Shown: one piece after another, positions 45,414-54,582 of the stretch
Layout: every line of letters begins with the position of its first letter
Position numbering within the stretch: the stretch's first letter is position 1
NCBI GenBank assembly: GCA_002292285.1
Contig: DBBP01000008.1
Span: forward strand, 497,089 to 561,088
Length of the DNA stretch: 64,000 bases
Reading direction: 5' to 3'
From: Proteobacteria bacterium UBA981
GTDB taxonomy: Bacteria > Pseudomonadota > Gammaproteobacteria > Ga0077536
The notes under the pieces: model-generated
Told to the model about the DNA's origin: nothing
The model's input: only the letters and a program-made list of their open reading frames with translations
The model's database searches: none
Translations under genes and position numbers: made by a program

Positions 45414-46805
45414 TTACTTACGTTTCGGTTGCTTCCACGGTGGCAACGACCGATGGGCGTGGTGCTCTGGAAACAGTCGTTTATTGCCGGCGCCGAAATA
45501 ACTTTCGCGCAAAGTCTCGCCATCGTAAGCGGTACGCATACGACCGCGACGCTGCAATTCGGGTACCACCAACTCAACAAAATCCCGAAAACCCGACGGC
45601 TGATCGACAGGTGCCAGATTGAAGCCATCGCAACCGCCTACATCCATCCAGCGTTCCAATTCATCGGCAACAGTCTGCGGGCTGCCGACAATCTTCGGCA
45701 TCACTGATCCGATCGACAAATACTCACCAATCTCCTGCAGGGTCCAGTCGCGATCAGGATCGATAGCCTCAAACGTGCCCAGCAAACCCTGAATAGCGTC
45801 GGTCTTCATGTCCTTCAGACGGGCCGTCTTGTCGAGTGATGCAAGATCGACCCCGACCCAGCCGCAAAACAGCGCCAGCGAACCTTCCGGGCTGCGGAAC
45901 TGTTCGGCGGTCTCGAGCTTGAGCTGAGCTTCGGCGTCGGTTGGAGCGACAATCACCGTGATACCAGGAAATATCTTCACCTGATTGGCTTTACGCCCCG
46001 CTGCACGCACCGCCTTGCGCACTTGTTTTACCCCTGTGACACAGGCGTCCAGATGCGGATACAGCGCAAAAATCGCTTCAGCATGCGTGGCCGCAAACTC
46101 GACCCCACGCCCCGATTGACCAGCCTGATACAACACCGGTGTCCGCTGCGGCGACGGTTCACACATATGCGGGCCGGGAACATTGAAGTACCTACCCGCG
46201 TAATTTATCTCATGCACTTTGGCGGGATCAGTATGCATATCGTTGACGGTGTCACGAACGATGGCGTCCTCTTCCCATGAGTGTTCCCACAGCTGATAGA
46301 CCACGTCGAGATATTCTTCAGCACGGTCGTAGCGCTCGTCGTGGGCCATTTGGTCATCGAGGCCGAAATTCGCATTCGCATCGGCGAGGTAGGACGTGAC
46401 GATATTCCAGGCGATACGACCGCGCGTGAGGTGGTCGAGCGTCGAAAATACTTTTGCTGCCTGGTAGGGCGCGAAATAAGTCGTTGAATAAGTGCAGGCG
46501 AACCCGATATGTCGCGTCGCATAGGCCATCGCTGAAATAACCAGAGTCGGGTCATTACTGGGGAACTGCACGGTGTGTCGGACGGCTGCTTCGCGCGAAC
46601 CTTTGTAGACGTTGTAAGTGCCATGTACATCAGCAAGAAACAGCGTGTCGAAACATCCGGCCTCTAGCATGCACGCGAGATCAACCCAGTAATCAACATC
46701 CTTATAACCGAGACTCGAACCGTCCAGCGGGTGCTTCCATTGGCCTTTCGAATGATGGCAAATGGAACACTGTGTAAATGCGTTCATGTGAATTTGTTTC
46801 GCCAT
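45414..46805 (-). CDS. Flavin-dependent monooxygenase, NtaA/SnaA/DszA (LLM) family
   Basis: 463 aa. MAKQIHMNAFTQCSICHHSKGQWKHP is an N-terminus typical of this family, and an LLM TIM-barrel pattern runs throughout. Confidence 0.85.
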   Translation of the reverse strand: MAKQIHMNAFTQCSICHHSKGQWKHPLDGSSLGYKDVDYWVDLACMLEAGCFDTLFLADVHGTYNVYKGSREAAVRHTVQFPSNDPTLVISAMAYATRHIGFACTYSTTYFAPYQAAKVFSTLDHLTRGRIAWNIVTSYLADANANFGLDDQMAHDERYDRAEEYLDVVYQLWEHSWEEDAIVRDTVNDMHTDPAKVHEINYAGRYFNVPGPHMCEPSPQRTPVLYQAGQSGRGVEFAATHAEAIFALYPHLDACVTGVKQVRKAVRAAGRKANQVKIFPGITVIVAPTDAEAQLKLETAEQFRSPEGSLALFCGWVGVDLASLDKTARLKDMKTDAIQGLLGTFEAIDPDRDWTLQEIGEYLSIGSVMPKIVGSPQTVADELERWMDVGGCDGFNLAPVDQPSGFRDFVELVVPELQRRGRMRTAYDGETLRESYFGAGNKRLFPEHHAHRSLPPWKQPKRK

Positions 46806-46893
46806 GCTGCTGCCCTCCCAAGACGCTAGCAGAGGTGGATTAAGACTTCGGTGATCTGTATTCCTCCGCCTGCGCGGAACTCGACTCGAGAGA

Positions 46894-48033
46894 TCAGTCG
46901 GCGAGATAGTGATTCAAGCGTTCGTAGGCGCTCAGAAAGTCTTCCTGAAAGTCCTGCATCACTGCCCGCACCGGACGCGCTTCGTTCATCAGGCCAACGC
47001 CTTGCCCGACCCAGTAGGTCGCGAGTTTTTGAGCGCCCTCGTGACCGCTTTGCGACAGCTTGTCGACTTTACTCAAAGCCGGCTCACTAACAAACGACTG
47101 CAGCGGCATCGGCAGTGGCTCAGGCCCAAGCGGACCTTCCCATGCATCCGTCCAGGCGGAGCGCAATTGGCGCGAGGGTTCGCCGGTGCGACTGCGTGAA
47201 CGCACGGTGTCGCGCGAGGTGGCGCGGAGCATTTTCTCTTTCACGATTGGGTTCGTTTCGGCTTCTGGCGTGGTCAGCCATACTGAAGCGGTCCACGCCC
47301 CAGCCGCACCCATTGCCATGCAAGCGGCCATTTGACGACCGGTCACGATCCCGCCCGCCGCGAGCACAGGAATATCCCCATACGCCTGAATCGCCTCAAC
47401 AACCTCGGGTACCAACACCATCGTTGATACCTCGCCGCAATGTCCGCCGGCCTCACCGCCTGCCACGACGAGGATGTCCACCCCCGCTTCAAGCTGACGA
47501 ATAGCATGCGCCTTGGCGCCGACCAGCGCCGCTACGGCCACGCCATGTTTGCGACCATATTCGAGCATGCTGTCCGGCGGTACGCCGAGCGCGTTGGCAA
47601 TCAATTTGATGGGATGGCGAAACGCCACCTCCATGGTCGCTTCAGCACCTGAGGGGTGGAGATTTTTACCGATTTGCAATGTATTACGCCGTGCACGCTC
47701 GAGATCAGATGATTCAATGCCGTGCTCGGAGAGAACGCGCGCGCTGAAATCGATATGCGAATCCGGAATCGCCTTGAGCAATCGCTCGCCGTCAAACGAT
47801 TCCCCTTTGCCCATAACCTTATCCGGAATAAGCAGATCAAGACCGTAGGGTTTGCCGTCAATATTCGCATCAATCCAGGCGAGTTCCTCTTCGAGGCGCT
47901 CGGCCGACATGCTCGCCGCGCCAAACACACCGAACCCGCCCGCCTTCGAGACTTCCACCACGACATCGCGGCAATGGCTGAAGGCGAACAACGGAAACTC
48001 GATACCGAGCCGCTCACATAGCGCTGAATTCAT
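46894..48033 (-). CDS. Nitronate monooxygenase (NMO / 2-nitropropane dioxygenase) family FMN protein
   Basis: Start at ATG 48033 (MNSALCERLGIEFPLFAFSHC). VVAGGEAGGHCG is an FMN-site block. Confidence 0.8.
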   Translation of the reverse strand: MNSALCERLGIEFPLFAFSHCRDVVVEVSKAGGFGVFGAASMSAERLEEELAWIDANIDGKPYGLDLLIPDKVMGKGESFDGERLLKAIPDSHIDFSARVLSEHGIESSDLERARRNTLQIGKNLHPSGAEATMEVAFRHPIKLIANALGVPPDSMLEYGRKHGVAVAALVGAKAHAIRQLEAGVDILVVAGGEAGGHCGEVSTMVLVPEVVEAIQAYGDIPVLAAGGIVTGRQMAACMAMGAAGAWTASVWLTTPEAETNPIVKEKMLRATSRDTVRSRSRTGEPSRQLRSAWTDAWEGPLGPEPLPMPLQSFVSEPALSKVDKLSQSGHEGAQKLATYWVGQGVGLMNEARPVRAVMQDFQEDFLSAYERLNHYLAD

Positions 48034-48055
48034 TATCGACTCCGTGCCTCGGGCA

Positions 48056-48853
48056 CTATTTGCCTTTATAAACGGGTTCACGCTTCTCCATGAACGCGCG
48101 CGGCCCTTCCTGCGCATCTTCGGTTTTGAACACCGGCGCTGAAATCTTCGTTTCCAGTTTCAACGCATCCAGTTCCTCCATGCCCAGACAAGCACGCGCA
48201 GATTTGCGAATTGCCTGCACCGCAATCGGTCCATTGGCCGCTATTTTGTTCGCTATTTCAGTCGCTTTGCCGATAACGTCATCTGTTACGTAATTCAGAA
48301 ACCCGTAGCCGAGCGCTTCGTCGGCGGTGATCAGATCACCAGTCAATAGCAGCTCCATCGCTTTGGCATGCGGCAACTGATGCGGCAGACGCACCGTTGA
48401 ACCGCCGGCCGGGAAAATTGCCCACTTCACTTCCTGTACGCCCAGCTTCGCAGCCGGCACAGACACGCGAATGTCTGTGCCCTGGGTCATCTCCATACCG
48501 CCGGCGATGGCATGACCATTAAGCGCAGCGATAACTGGCTTGACCGGATCGAAGCTGCGCAAAAATGCGTATTCAAAAATATCCGGGCGCGCGAGAAGCT
48601 TTTCATCCCACTCATCTTCCACCCCACGGGTGCCCGCAATCAGGGGAACCAGGCGTCCTAAATCGGCGCCGGCGCAAAACACCGTGCCGGTGCCAGTAAG
48701 AATCGCTACGCGTACGTTGTCGTCGTCTCGCACTGCGTCCCACGCATCAGCCAGGCGCACCGCGACCTCGGGATTGACGGCATTGCGTGCCTCGGGACGG
48801 TTGAGTGTGACGGTGGCGATGTGCCCGTCTACTGCGTAATCGACAACGGCCAT
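48056..48853 (-). CDS. Enoyl-CoA hydratase/isomerase (crotonase) family protein
   Basis: Motifs are VTLNRPEARNAV and LTGTGTVFCAGADL. 265 aa. Confidence 0.85.
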   Translation of the reverse strand: MAVVDYAVDGHIATVTLNRPEARNAVNPEVAVRLADAWDAVRDDDNVRVAILTGTGTVFCAGADLGRLVPLIAGTRGVEDEWDEKLLARPDIFEYAFLRSFDPVKPVIAALNGHAIAGGMEMTQGTDIRVSVPAAKLGVQEVKWAIFPAGGSTVRLPHQLPHAKAMELLLTGDLITADEALGYGFLNYVTDDVIGKATEIANKIAANGPIAVQAIRKSARACLGMEELDALKLETKISAPVFKTEDAQEGPRAFMEKREPVYKGK

Positions 48854-49090
48854 GCTATTTCCCTTAGTGTGATGATGGAGGCCTTAGTCTAACCGTGCGG
48901 CTTGATCAGGGGAACGCGTGACCGCGCGGTCCAGAAGCGCTAGCGGTGGGCCAGGGGGGGGCGCGAAAGCATCCTTCAGCCATGCTGATGGCCGACATCG
49001 ACCGCCCCTTTGGGAAGGAACACCACTCAACCGTTATCGCCGCCCCTCGCGCTTCCAGTACAATCCGCCCGGCAATTAATCGAGCAGCGC

Positions 49091-50026
49091 ATGACCACTC
49101 ACATCCAGCCCGATTGGGCCGCCCCTCATTTGCAGGTAAATCAGCCCGCCCCAGAATGGTTTGCGCGCGCGCTGTCGCACCCCATGCATTCGCATTTCGT
49201 CGACGTCGAAGGCTGCCCTATTCATTATCTGCGCTGGCAACGCACAGCCAGCGACGCGCCGAAACGCGGCGTACTACTCGTGCACGGCGGCGGAGCACAT
49301 GCTAACTGGTGGCGGTTTATTGCGCCGCTTTTGACGCGTGATTACGAGGTGGCGGCGATCGATTTGTCCGGCATGGGTGACAGTGGTCACCGCGACGAAT
49401 ACAGCGCCGCGCTGCGCGCCGCCGAAATCCGAACGGTCCTTGCCGACGCCGAACTCGGCGCGCAGCCTTTTGTGGTCGGACACTCCTTTGGCGGTTATAT
49501 GACCATGCGCTTTGGCGCCGACTACGGCAGCGAGATAGGCGGCGCGGTGATCGTCGACTCACCAATCCGACGCCCTGATGACCCGCAAGGCCAGACCCCG
49601 CAACGCGCACTCAGCCTCGCCCGTCACTACCCGAGCTTCGAACTCGCCATTGAGCGTTTCAGATTGCTGCCGGCGCAGACCTGCGAGAACGATTTCATCG
49701 TCGAATTCATTGCCCGTCACTCGCTCCGCGAGACGGATGCCGGTTGGACATGGAAATTTGATGTCAGCGCGATGGGCTCGCGGCGCTGGGGCGAACCATT
49801 CCACGAGCACCTGCAAAAACTACGTTGCCGCGCTGCCCTGCTGTTTGGACAAAATAGTGCACTGGTGAGCCGCGAGACCGCCGATTACATGGCTGAGCTA
49901 ATGGGCCCGCAAGCACCGGTAGTCGAAATACCCGAAGCGCAGCACCACGTTATGCTCGACCAGCCGTTGGCTTTTGTAGCGAGTTTGCGCACCTTGTTGG
50001 ACGCTTGGGTTCGCACTGATGGCTAG
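49091..50026 (+). CDS. Alpha/beta hydrolase
   Basis: Start at ATG 49091 (MTTHIQPDW). LLVHGGGAHANWW is followed by the nucleophile elbow GHSFGG and a C-terminal His (AQHHVMLDQP). Confidence 0.75.
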   Translation: MTTHIQPDWAAPHLQVNQPAPEWFARALSHPMHSHFVDVEGCPIHYLRWQRTASDAPKRGVLLVHGGGAHANWWRFIAPLLTRDYEVAAIDLSGMGDSGHRDEYSAALRAAEIRTVLADAELGAQPFVVGHSFGGYMTMRFGADYGSEIGGAVIVDSPIRRPDDPQGQTPQRALSLARHYPSFELAIERFRLLPAQTCENDFIVEFIARHSLRETDAGWTWKFDVSAMGSRRWGEPFHEHLQKLRCRAALLFGQNSALVSRETADYMAELMGPQAPVVEIPEAQHHVMLDQPLAFVASLRTLLDAWVRTDG

Positions 50027-50068
50027 CCCACTAACCTTGCACTGCAGAACGATTTTTTCGATACGCTG

Positions 50069-50515
50069 ATGGACGTCATTCCGCATACCGGTATTGGTGA
50101 CATACGGCTCGGTTCGAGTCGCGAATCCATCGCCACCATGCTCGGCGCGGCAGAAAAAAAATCGCGCGACTACCATGAAGATGGTGAGCATTCCGAAGTG
50201 TGGGTGTATCGGCTTTTACGCCTCGAACTCTCGTTCGATTCCGAACACGATTTTTATTTATCGCATATCACGTCATATCACCCCTACACCTTGGTGCGCA
50301 GCTTCAATCCGATCGGGCTGGAAGAGAAATTTCTGTTGCAGAAGTTCCCACACCTGGATCTCGACGTCGAAGTCAGCACAGAAGAAAAATATTTCACTGA
50401 CAAGGTGCTCGACCTGACCTTCGGAACAGCGCGCGGAAAGGTCGTTAGCGTGACAATATTCCCGGCGTATGATGGTGACGGTAAACAGGTGCTGTGGCCG
50501 GCAGGCCCGTCATAG
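50069..50515 (+). CDS. Hypothetical protein (no family recognised)
   Basis: 148-aa ORF filling an otherwise empty slot. It looks AT-richer than its neighbours and has no clear RBS. Confidence 0.45.
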   Translation: MDVIPHTGIGDIRLGSSRESIATMLGAAEKKSRDYHEDGEHSEVWVYRLLRLELSFDSEHDFYLSHITSYHPYTLVRSFNPIGLEEKFLLQKFPHLDLDVEVSTEEKYFTDKVLDLTFGTARGKVVSVTIFPAYDGDGKQVLWPAGPS

Positions 50516-50572
50516 CAGATCAGGTGCGGGCGTGTGTGGCCCCACTTTCAGAACACAGCGCAGGGAATTTGT

Positions 50573-50980
50573 ATGAAGATAAACGGTAGCTGCCATTGCA
50601 AGAACATTGTCTATTCGGCAGAAATTGATCCGCAGCGCGTGGTTGCGTGCCACTGTACCGACTGCCAGACGCTTTCCGGCAGCGCCTTCCGAACAGTTGC
50701 CTTCACGCTCGAAGACGCCTTTACGCTGGAATCAGGCACGATCAAGATTTACATCAAAACCGCCCAAAGCGGACGCCCGCGCGAGCAGGCCTTCTGCCCC
50801 GAATGCGGTTCCCCTATCTACGCCACATCGACCGGCGAAGGACCGCGAGTTTACGGCTTGCGAGTTGGCACCATAGAGCAGCGCAAAGAGTTGGCGCCAC
50901 AGCGACACGTCTGGGCGCAATCAGCACTCTCCTGGATACAGGACATGCACACGCTGCCAACCATCGATCAACAACCGTAA
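50573..50980 (+). CDS. GFA/CENP-V family (glutathione-dependent formaldehyde-activating-like) Zn protein
   Basis: Start at ATG 50573. MKINGSCHCKNIVYSAE...ACHCTDCQTLSGSAF...FCPECGSPIY is the Cys pattern of the GFA domain. Confidence 0.8.
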   Translation: MKINGSCHCKNIVYSAEIDPQRVVACHCTDCQTLSGSAFRTVAFTLEDAFTLESGTIKIYIKTAQSGRPREQAFCPECGSPIYATSTGEGPRVYGLRVGTIEQRKELAPQRHVWAQSALSWIQDMHTLPTIDQQP

Positions 50981-51410
50981 ACGAAACCATTCGGCGGGCT
51001 GCTTGATTGAACCGGGCTCGCGAGCCGTAGCGCCTCGCAACGACGTCCTCAATGCAATCGCGGATGGGCCACTGGCAATGACGGACATGCCATAGGCCCG
51101 GAAATACTGGCGTCTGACGCCGGCTTGCCCTGGCACTTCAGCCGCTCTGCCGCGAAAAAAACTTAAACAATTGATTAATAAATATTTTTTGACCTGAAGG
51201 CGAACTACAGCAACACTTTTGCAGGTCGATCATCAGCCCCCCCATACGCACCACGCGACGCAGCGTACGCAACTTCGCTAGCAGGCAATTCAGTAACCAC
51301 TTCGCAGATCACGCAATTGGCGGTGCTATCACCATGCACAACCCGGACCGGCCCGCTACGCTTACAGGCACTTAGTCCACGCTAATCTTCCGCCGAAATA
51401 TCTAAAATCT

Positions 51411-51439
51411 TTTAAATTAGATAGTTAGCTCTGTATACT
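51411..51439 (+). promoter_or_regulatory. Candidate sigma70-type promoter (TTTAAA-N17-TATACT) inside an AT-rich tract upstream of the Slam-like gene
   Basis: The hexamers and 17-nt spacer were read directly. The site lies about 40 nt upstream of ATG 51480. The surrounding 51395-51473 is far more AT-rich than the window average. Confidence 0.35.
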
Positions 51440-51479
51440 AAAGTTAATTCTGAAATGCGGATGCAATATAACTGTGCAC

Positions 51480-52805
51480 ATGCAACGTTACCTGATCGCG
51501 GCCCTATCGCTCGTTATGCTGACGCTCCCGCTCAATTCGAATGCCGACGAGGCACTCGACAAGGCCCGCGAACTACTCGAAAAAAATGACCCGGTCGCCG
51601 CCTTCGCGGTCCTCGACCCACTTGCTGAAAGCCGAGAGGGCGAACCCGATTTCGACTATTTGTTCGGTATCTCGGCACTGGACGCCGGGTATCTAACCCA
51701 CGCAGTGTTCGCTTTGGAACGCGTATTGGCTGTTCAACCCGACAACGATGTAGCGCGCGCAGAAATTGCCCGCGCCTACTTTTTGCTTGGCGAACGCGAG
51801 ACTGCCATGCAGGAATTCGATACGGTACGCGCGAGCGGCACCGCACCTGCCGCAGCACAGGAAACTATCAATCGCTATCTCGCGCTGCTCGAACGGGCGC
51901 CGGGACAAGCGGGTGATGAAACGACGCTTATCAGCGGCTGGTTCGACATCACTGGCGGCTATGACACCAACATCAATTCCGGCACTGATCAGAGCCAGAT
52001 TGCGTTGCCCGCGCTCGGCAATGTGCGCTTTCAACTAGTCGATGGCGCAACAGAACAGGGCAGCGGTTTTGTACAACTTGCCGGCAATGTGAATATTTCG
52101 CACCGTCTGACGGACAACATCCGCGCGATCGGCGGTGCACGAGGCTTCTTCCGCGAAACTGAATCACCGTTTAGCACTCGCGATGCTTACGCCTACGCAG
52201 GTCTCACCAGCGAGCATGGCAAACACCGCTTTACCGTCGCTGGCAACTACGAAAACTACGCGTTGGATGGTGATACGTTGCGCAACGTCTATGGTGGATT
52301 TGGCCAGTGGACATACGCACTAGATGATAGTTCGCGAGTGAATTTTTCAGTGCAGGGTTCTGCGATCGAGTACATCAATATCCCCACCCGGGACGTCGAT
52401 CGATATGTGTTCGCCGCCGGCTACGTTAAAGCGTTCGCCATGGCCGGCGAGCCCTATGTGTTTACAGGGGTTTACGGCGGTTTCGAGAATGAACGCGATA
52501 GCGCCTTCCCGCAGTTCGGACATGATTTATACGGTGGCCGCGTTGGCGCCAACATCGGCATATTCGCCAACACGAGAGTGTATGCCAGCGTGGCGATGGA
52601 GCAGCGCGACTATAACGGCGAGGACACAATTTTCCTGACGCGGCGCGACGACACTCAGCTTATTGCCAACGCCGGCCTTGAGTACGAAATCAATCGGTTT
52701 GTAAAAATCGCACCAGAAATTTCCTACATAAACAATGATTCAAATATCCCTTTGAGTGATTACGACCGCATCGTCGGTAGCATGCGCTTACGTTATTCGT
52801 TCTAG
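51480..52805 (+). CDS. Outer-membrane TPR + beta-barrel protein, Slam/DUF560 (type 11 secretion)-like
   Basis: The signal peptide is MQRYLIAALSLVMLTLPLNSNA. About 120 aa of TPR-like helices are followed by about 300 aa of alternating beta-strand pattern ending ...MRLRYSF, with the terminal aromatic residue typical of OMPs. Confidence 0.6.
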   Translation: MQRYLIAALSLVMLTLPLNSNADEALDKARELLEKNDPVAAFAVLDPLAESREGEPDFDYLFGISALDAGYLTHAVFALERVLAVQPDNDVARAEIARAYFLLGERETAMQEFDTVRASGTAPAAAQETINRYLALLERAPGQAGDETTLISGWFDITGGYDTNINSGTDQSQIALPALGNVRFQLVDGATEQGSGFVQLAGNVNISHRLTDNIRAIGGARGFFRETESPFSTRDAYAYAGLTSEHGKHRFTVAGNYENYALDGDTLRNVYGGFGQWTYALDDSSRVNFSVQGSAIEYINIPTRDVDRYVFAAGYVKAFAMAGEPYVFTGVYGGFENERDSAFPQFGHDLYGGRVGANIGIFANTRVYASVAMEQRDYNGEDTIFLTRRDDTQLIANAGLEYEINRFVKIAPEISYINNDSNIPLSDYDRIVGSMRLRYSF

Positions 52806-52825
52806 GAAGCCCCGGAGCAACGGCG

Positions 52826-54475
52826 ATGAAAGATCACTATCCCACGACTCTCAAACCCCTGGCCATTGCAGTCGCGATTGCCGCGGGCGTCGCACCGCTT
52901 GCGCCGGCCTGGGCCGCTGCAGGCAAAGTCGCATTCGCGATTGGTGACGTTACGATAGAAAATCCAGGTGGTGCGCGGAGTGGAATTAAACGTGGCGCGG
53001 TATTGGAATCCGGCGATACGGTTGTCACAGGCAGGGGCCGCGCGCAGCTGCGCTTTACCGACGGCTCGTTCGTATCCCTGCAACCGGAATCCAGCTTTCA
53101 AATCGAAGACTACAACTACGAGACGAAGGAGCAGAGCAACGACCGTAGTGTGTTTAACCTCTTTCGCGGCGGCTTGCGCACGATCACCGGGTTGATCGGC
53201 AAACGTAGTCGCGGCGTTTATCGCGTTAACACGCCGGTCGCGACCATCGGTATCCGCGGAACCGCCTATACCATGGCCCTCCAACCCGATGGTGCACTTG
53301 CGCTCGAATGTGCCGACGGCACGATATTCGCCGCCAACGACGGCGGTACGACATTTTTTAATGCCGGTGAAGTCGGCGTTGTACTCAACCAGTTTACGGT
53401 TCCACAACTGGTCCAGGGTGAAAGTGGCGAGCAGCTGTTAGTCCTGTCACCACCAGCCCGGGAACTCAATGAAGAACAGATTCCGATCATCGGCGATGAC
53501 GGCGACACCGACACGGTGACGATTAACATCACCGGTCTTGACGCAGACGGCGTGAAACAAACATTGCTCGATTCGGGTCTGAACGAAGAACAGGCCTGTG
53601 CGCTGGTCAGCGAGGTTTTCCCGGATTTCGTTATCCCGGAAACGGTCGTGGAAGATGAAGTTGTGGTCGTCCCCCCAGTGCTGCTCATCGATGATGGTAC
53701 AGGGATGGCGGTTGCCTCGGCGTTTTACTGCCATACCGGTTGCGAAGGCGCGCCCTATTTGGAAGTGGAACCACAGGTGTCCACCGACTTTATTACGGGC
53801 ACCGGGCAACTTGAATCCTGGACCAACGAAATAGATGACGAACTTTCCGCACGCGGTGAACTCGCGTTCGCAGACACTGGCGCCGACGAGGTCATTGCCT
53901 GGGGTCGCTGGACGTTTAGCGGCGGTGGTACGTTTACCCGCCGTGACGATCCGGCGTCAGATTTCTTTGGCGCAGAAGAGAGTTTGCACTATGTGGTCGG
54001 TCGGCCAACTGATTTGCTGGCGCTTTCCGGGGCACCGCACAACGGCCATTTCAGCACTATCGGGTACACCACGCCCACCAGCAAAGACGGCACTACCGGT
54101 GCCTTTGTGAGCGCCGCAGCGTTCGTGGACTTTGGCACCAACACGGTCGACGGACAGGTTAAGTACGACTTCCAGGGCGCAACCTACGACGTTCGATTTG
54201 CGAGCCTGACGACCGTCGCACCGGGCGAAGTGGGCACGTTTTCCGGTTCCAGCTTTGCGCCAGACAACATTTCGGCGACGTCCGCAGGGGCCTGTGTAAC
54301 CGGTTGCGACACAAGTGTTCGCGGCATCGTTGCTGGCGATAACGCGGAACGTCTCGGCTTCGTGTATCACGTTAAAGATGCCTATGTGGGGACAGCCAAG
54401 GGACAGCAATTCGGTAGCGTTGCCTTGACACAAGATGATGGCGGACCACTGCCACAGGCACCGGCAGTTCCCTAA
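52826..54475 (+). CDS. Secreted FecR-domain protein with acidic linker and TbpB/fHbp-like C-terminal beta-barrel (candidate T11SS cargo)
   Basis: The Sec signal (…VAPLAPAWA/AAGK) has no lipobox Cys. The FecR-like blocks are GKVAFAIGDVTIENPGG...LESGDTVVTGRGRAQLRFTDGSFVSLQPESSFQI...VNTPVATIGIRGTAY. The C-terminus reads AAFVDFGTNTVDGQV...GTFSGSSF...VRGIVAGDNAERLGFVYHV...QFGSVALTQ. Confidence 0.65.
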   Translation: MKDHYPTTLKPLAIAVAIAAGVAPLAPAWAAAGKVAFAIGDVTIENPGGARSGIKRGAVLESGDTVVTGRGRAQLRFTDGSFVSLQPESSFQIEDYNYETKEQSNDRSVFNLFRGGLRTITGLIGKRSRGVYRVNTPVATIGIRGTAYTMALQPDGALALECADGTIFAANDGGTTFFNAGEVGVVLNQFTVPQLVQGESGEQLLVLSPPARELNEEQIPIIGDDGDTDTVTINITGLDADGVKQTLLDSGLNEEQACALVSEVFPDFVIPETVVEDEVVVVPPVLLIDDGTGMAVASAFYCHTGCEGAPYLEVEPQVSTDFITGTGQLESWTNEIDDELSARGELAFADTGADEVIAWGRWTFSGGGTFTRRDDPASDFFGAEESLHYVVGRPTDLLALSGAPHNGHFSTIGYTTPTSKDGTTGAFVSAAAFVDFGTNTVDGQVKYDFQGATYDVRFASLTTVAPGEVGTFSGSSFAPDNISATSAGACVTGCDTSVRGIVAGDNAERLGFVYHVKDAYVGTAKGQQFGSVALTQDDGGPLPQAPAVP

Positions 54476-54582
54476 CAATTCATCCGCATGAAGGGCCTTC
54501 GAACTGCTGCTGTGAAGACGCAAAATCACAAAGTTTCGCACTCCTCAGTCAGTCGCCATGGCAATCTGGAGCGCGACTGAAA

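Noticed and set aside
48954-48961. G8 homopolymer in the divergent promoter region between the crotonase (48853) and hydrolase (49091) genes, as a phase-variation tract
   Set aside because: The tract is short, lies in a GC-rich genome, and sits outside any coding sequence or recognisable promoter hexamer. There is no evidence of length variation from a single sequence.
51155-51200. Fur box in the AT-rich tract upstream of the Slam-like gene
   Set aside because: Only partial TGATTAAT-like matches to the GATAATGATAATCATTATC consensus could be aligned by eye, which is not enough to call a site.
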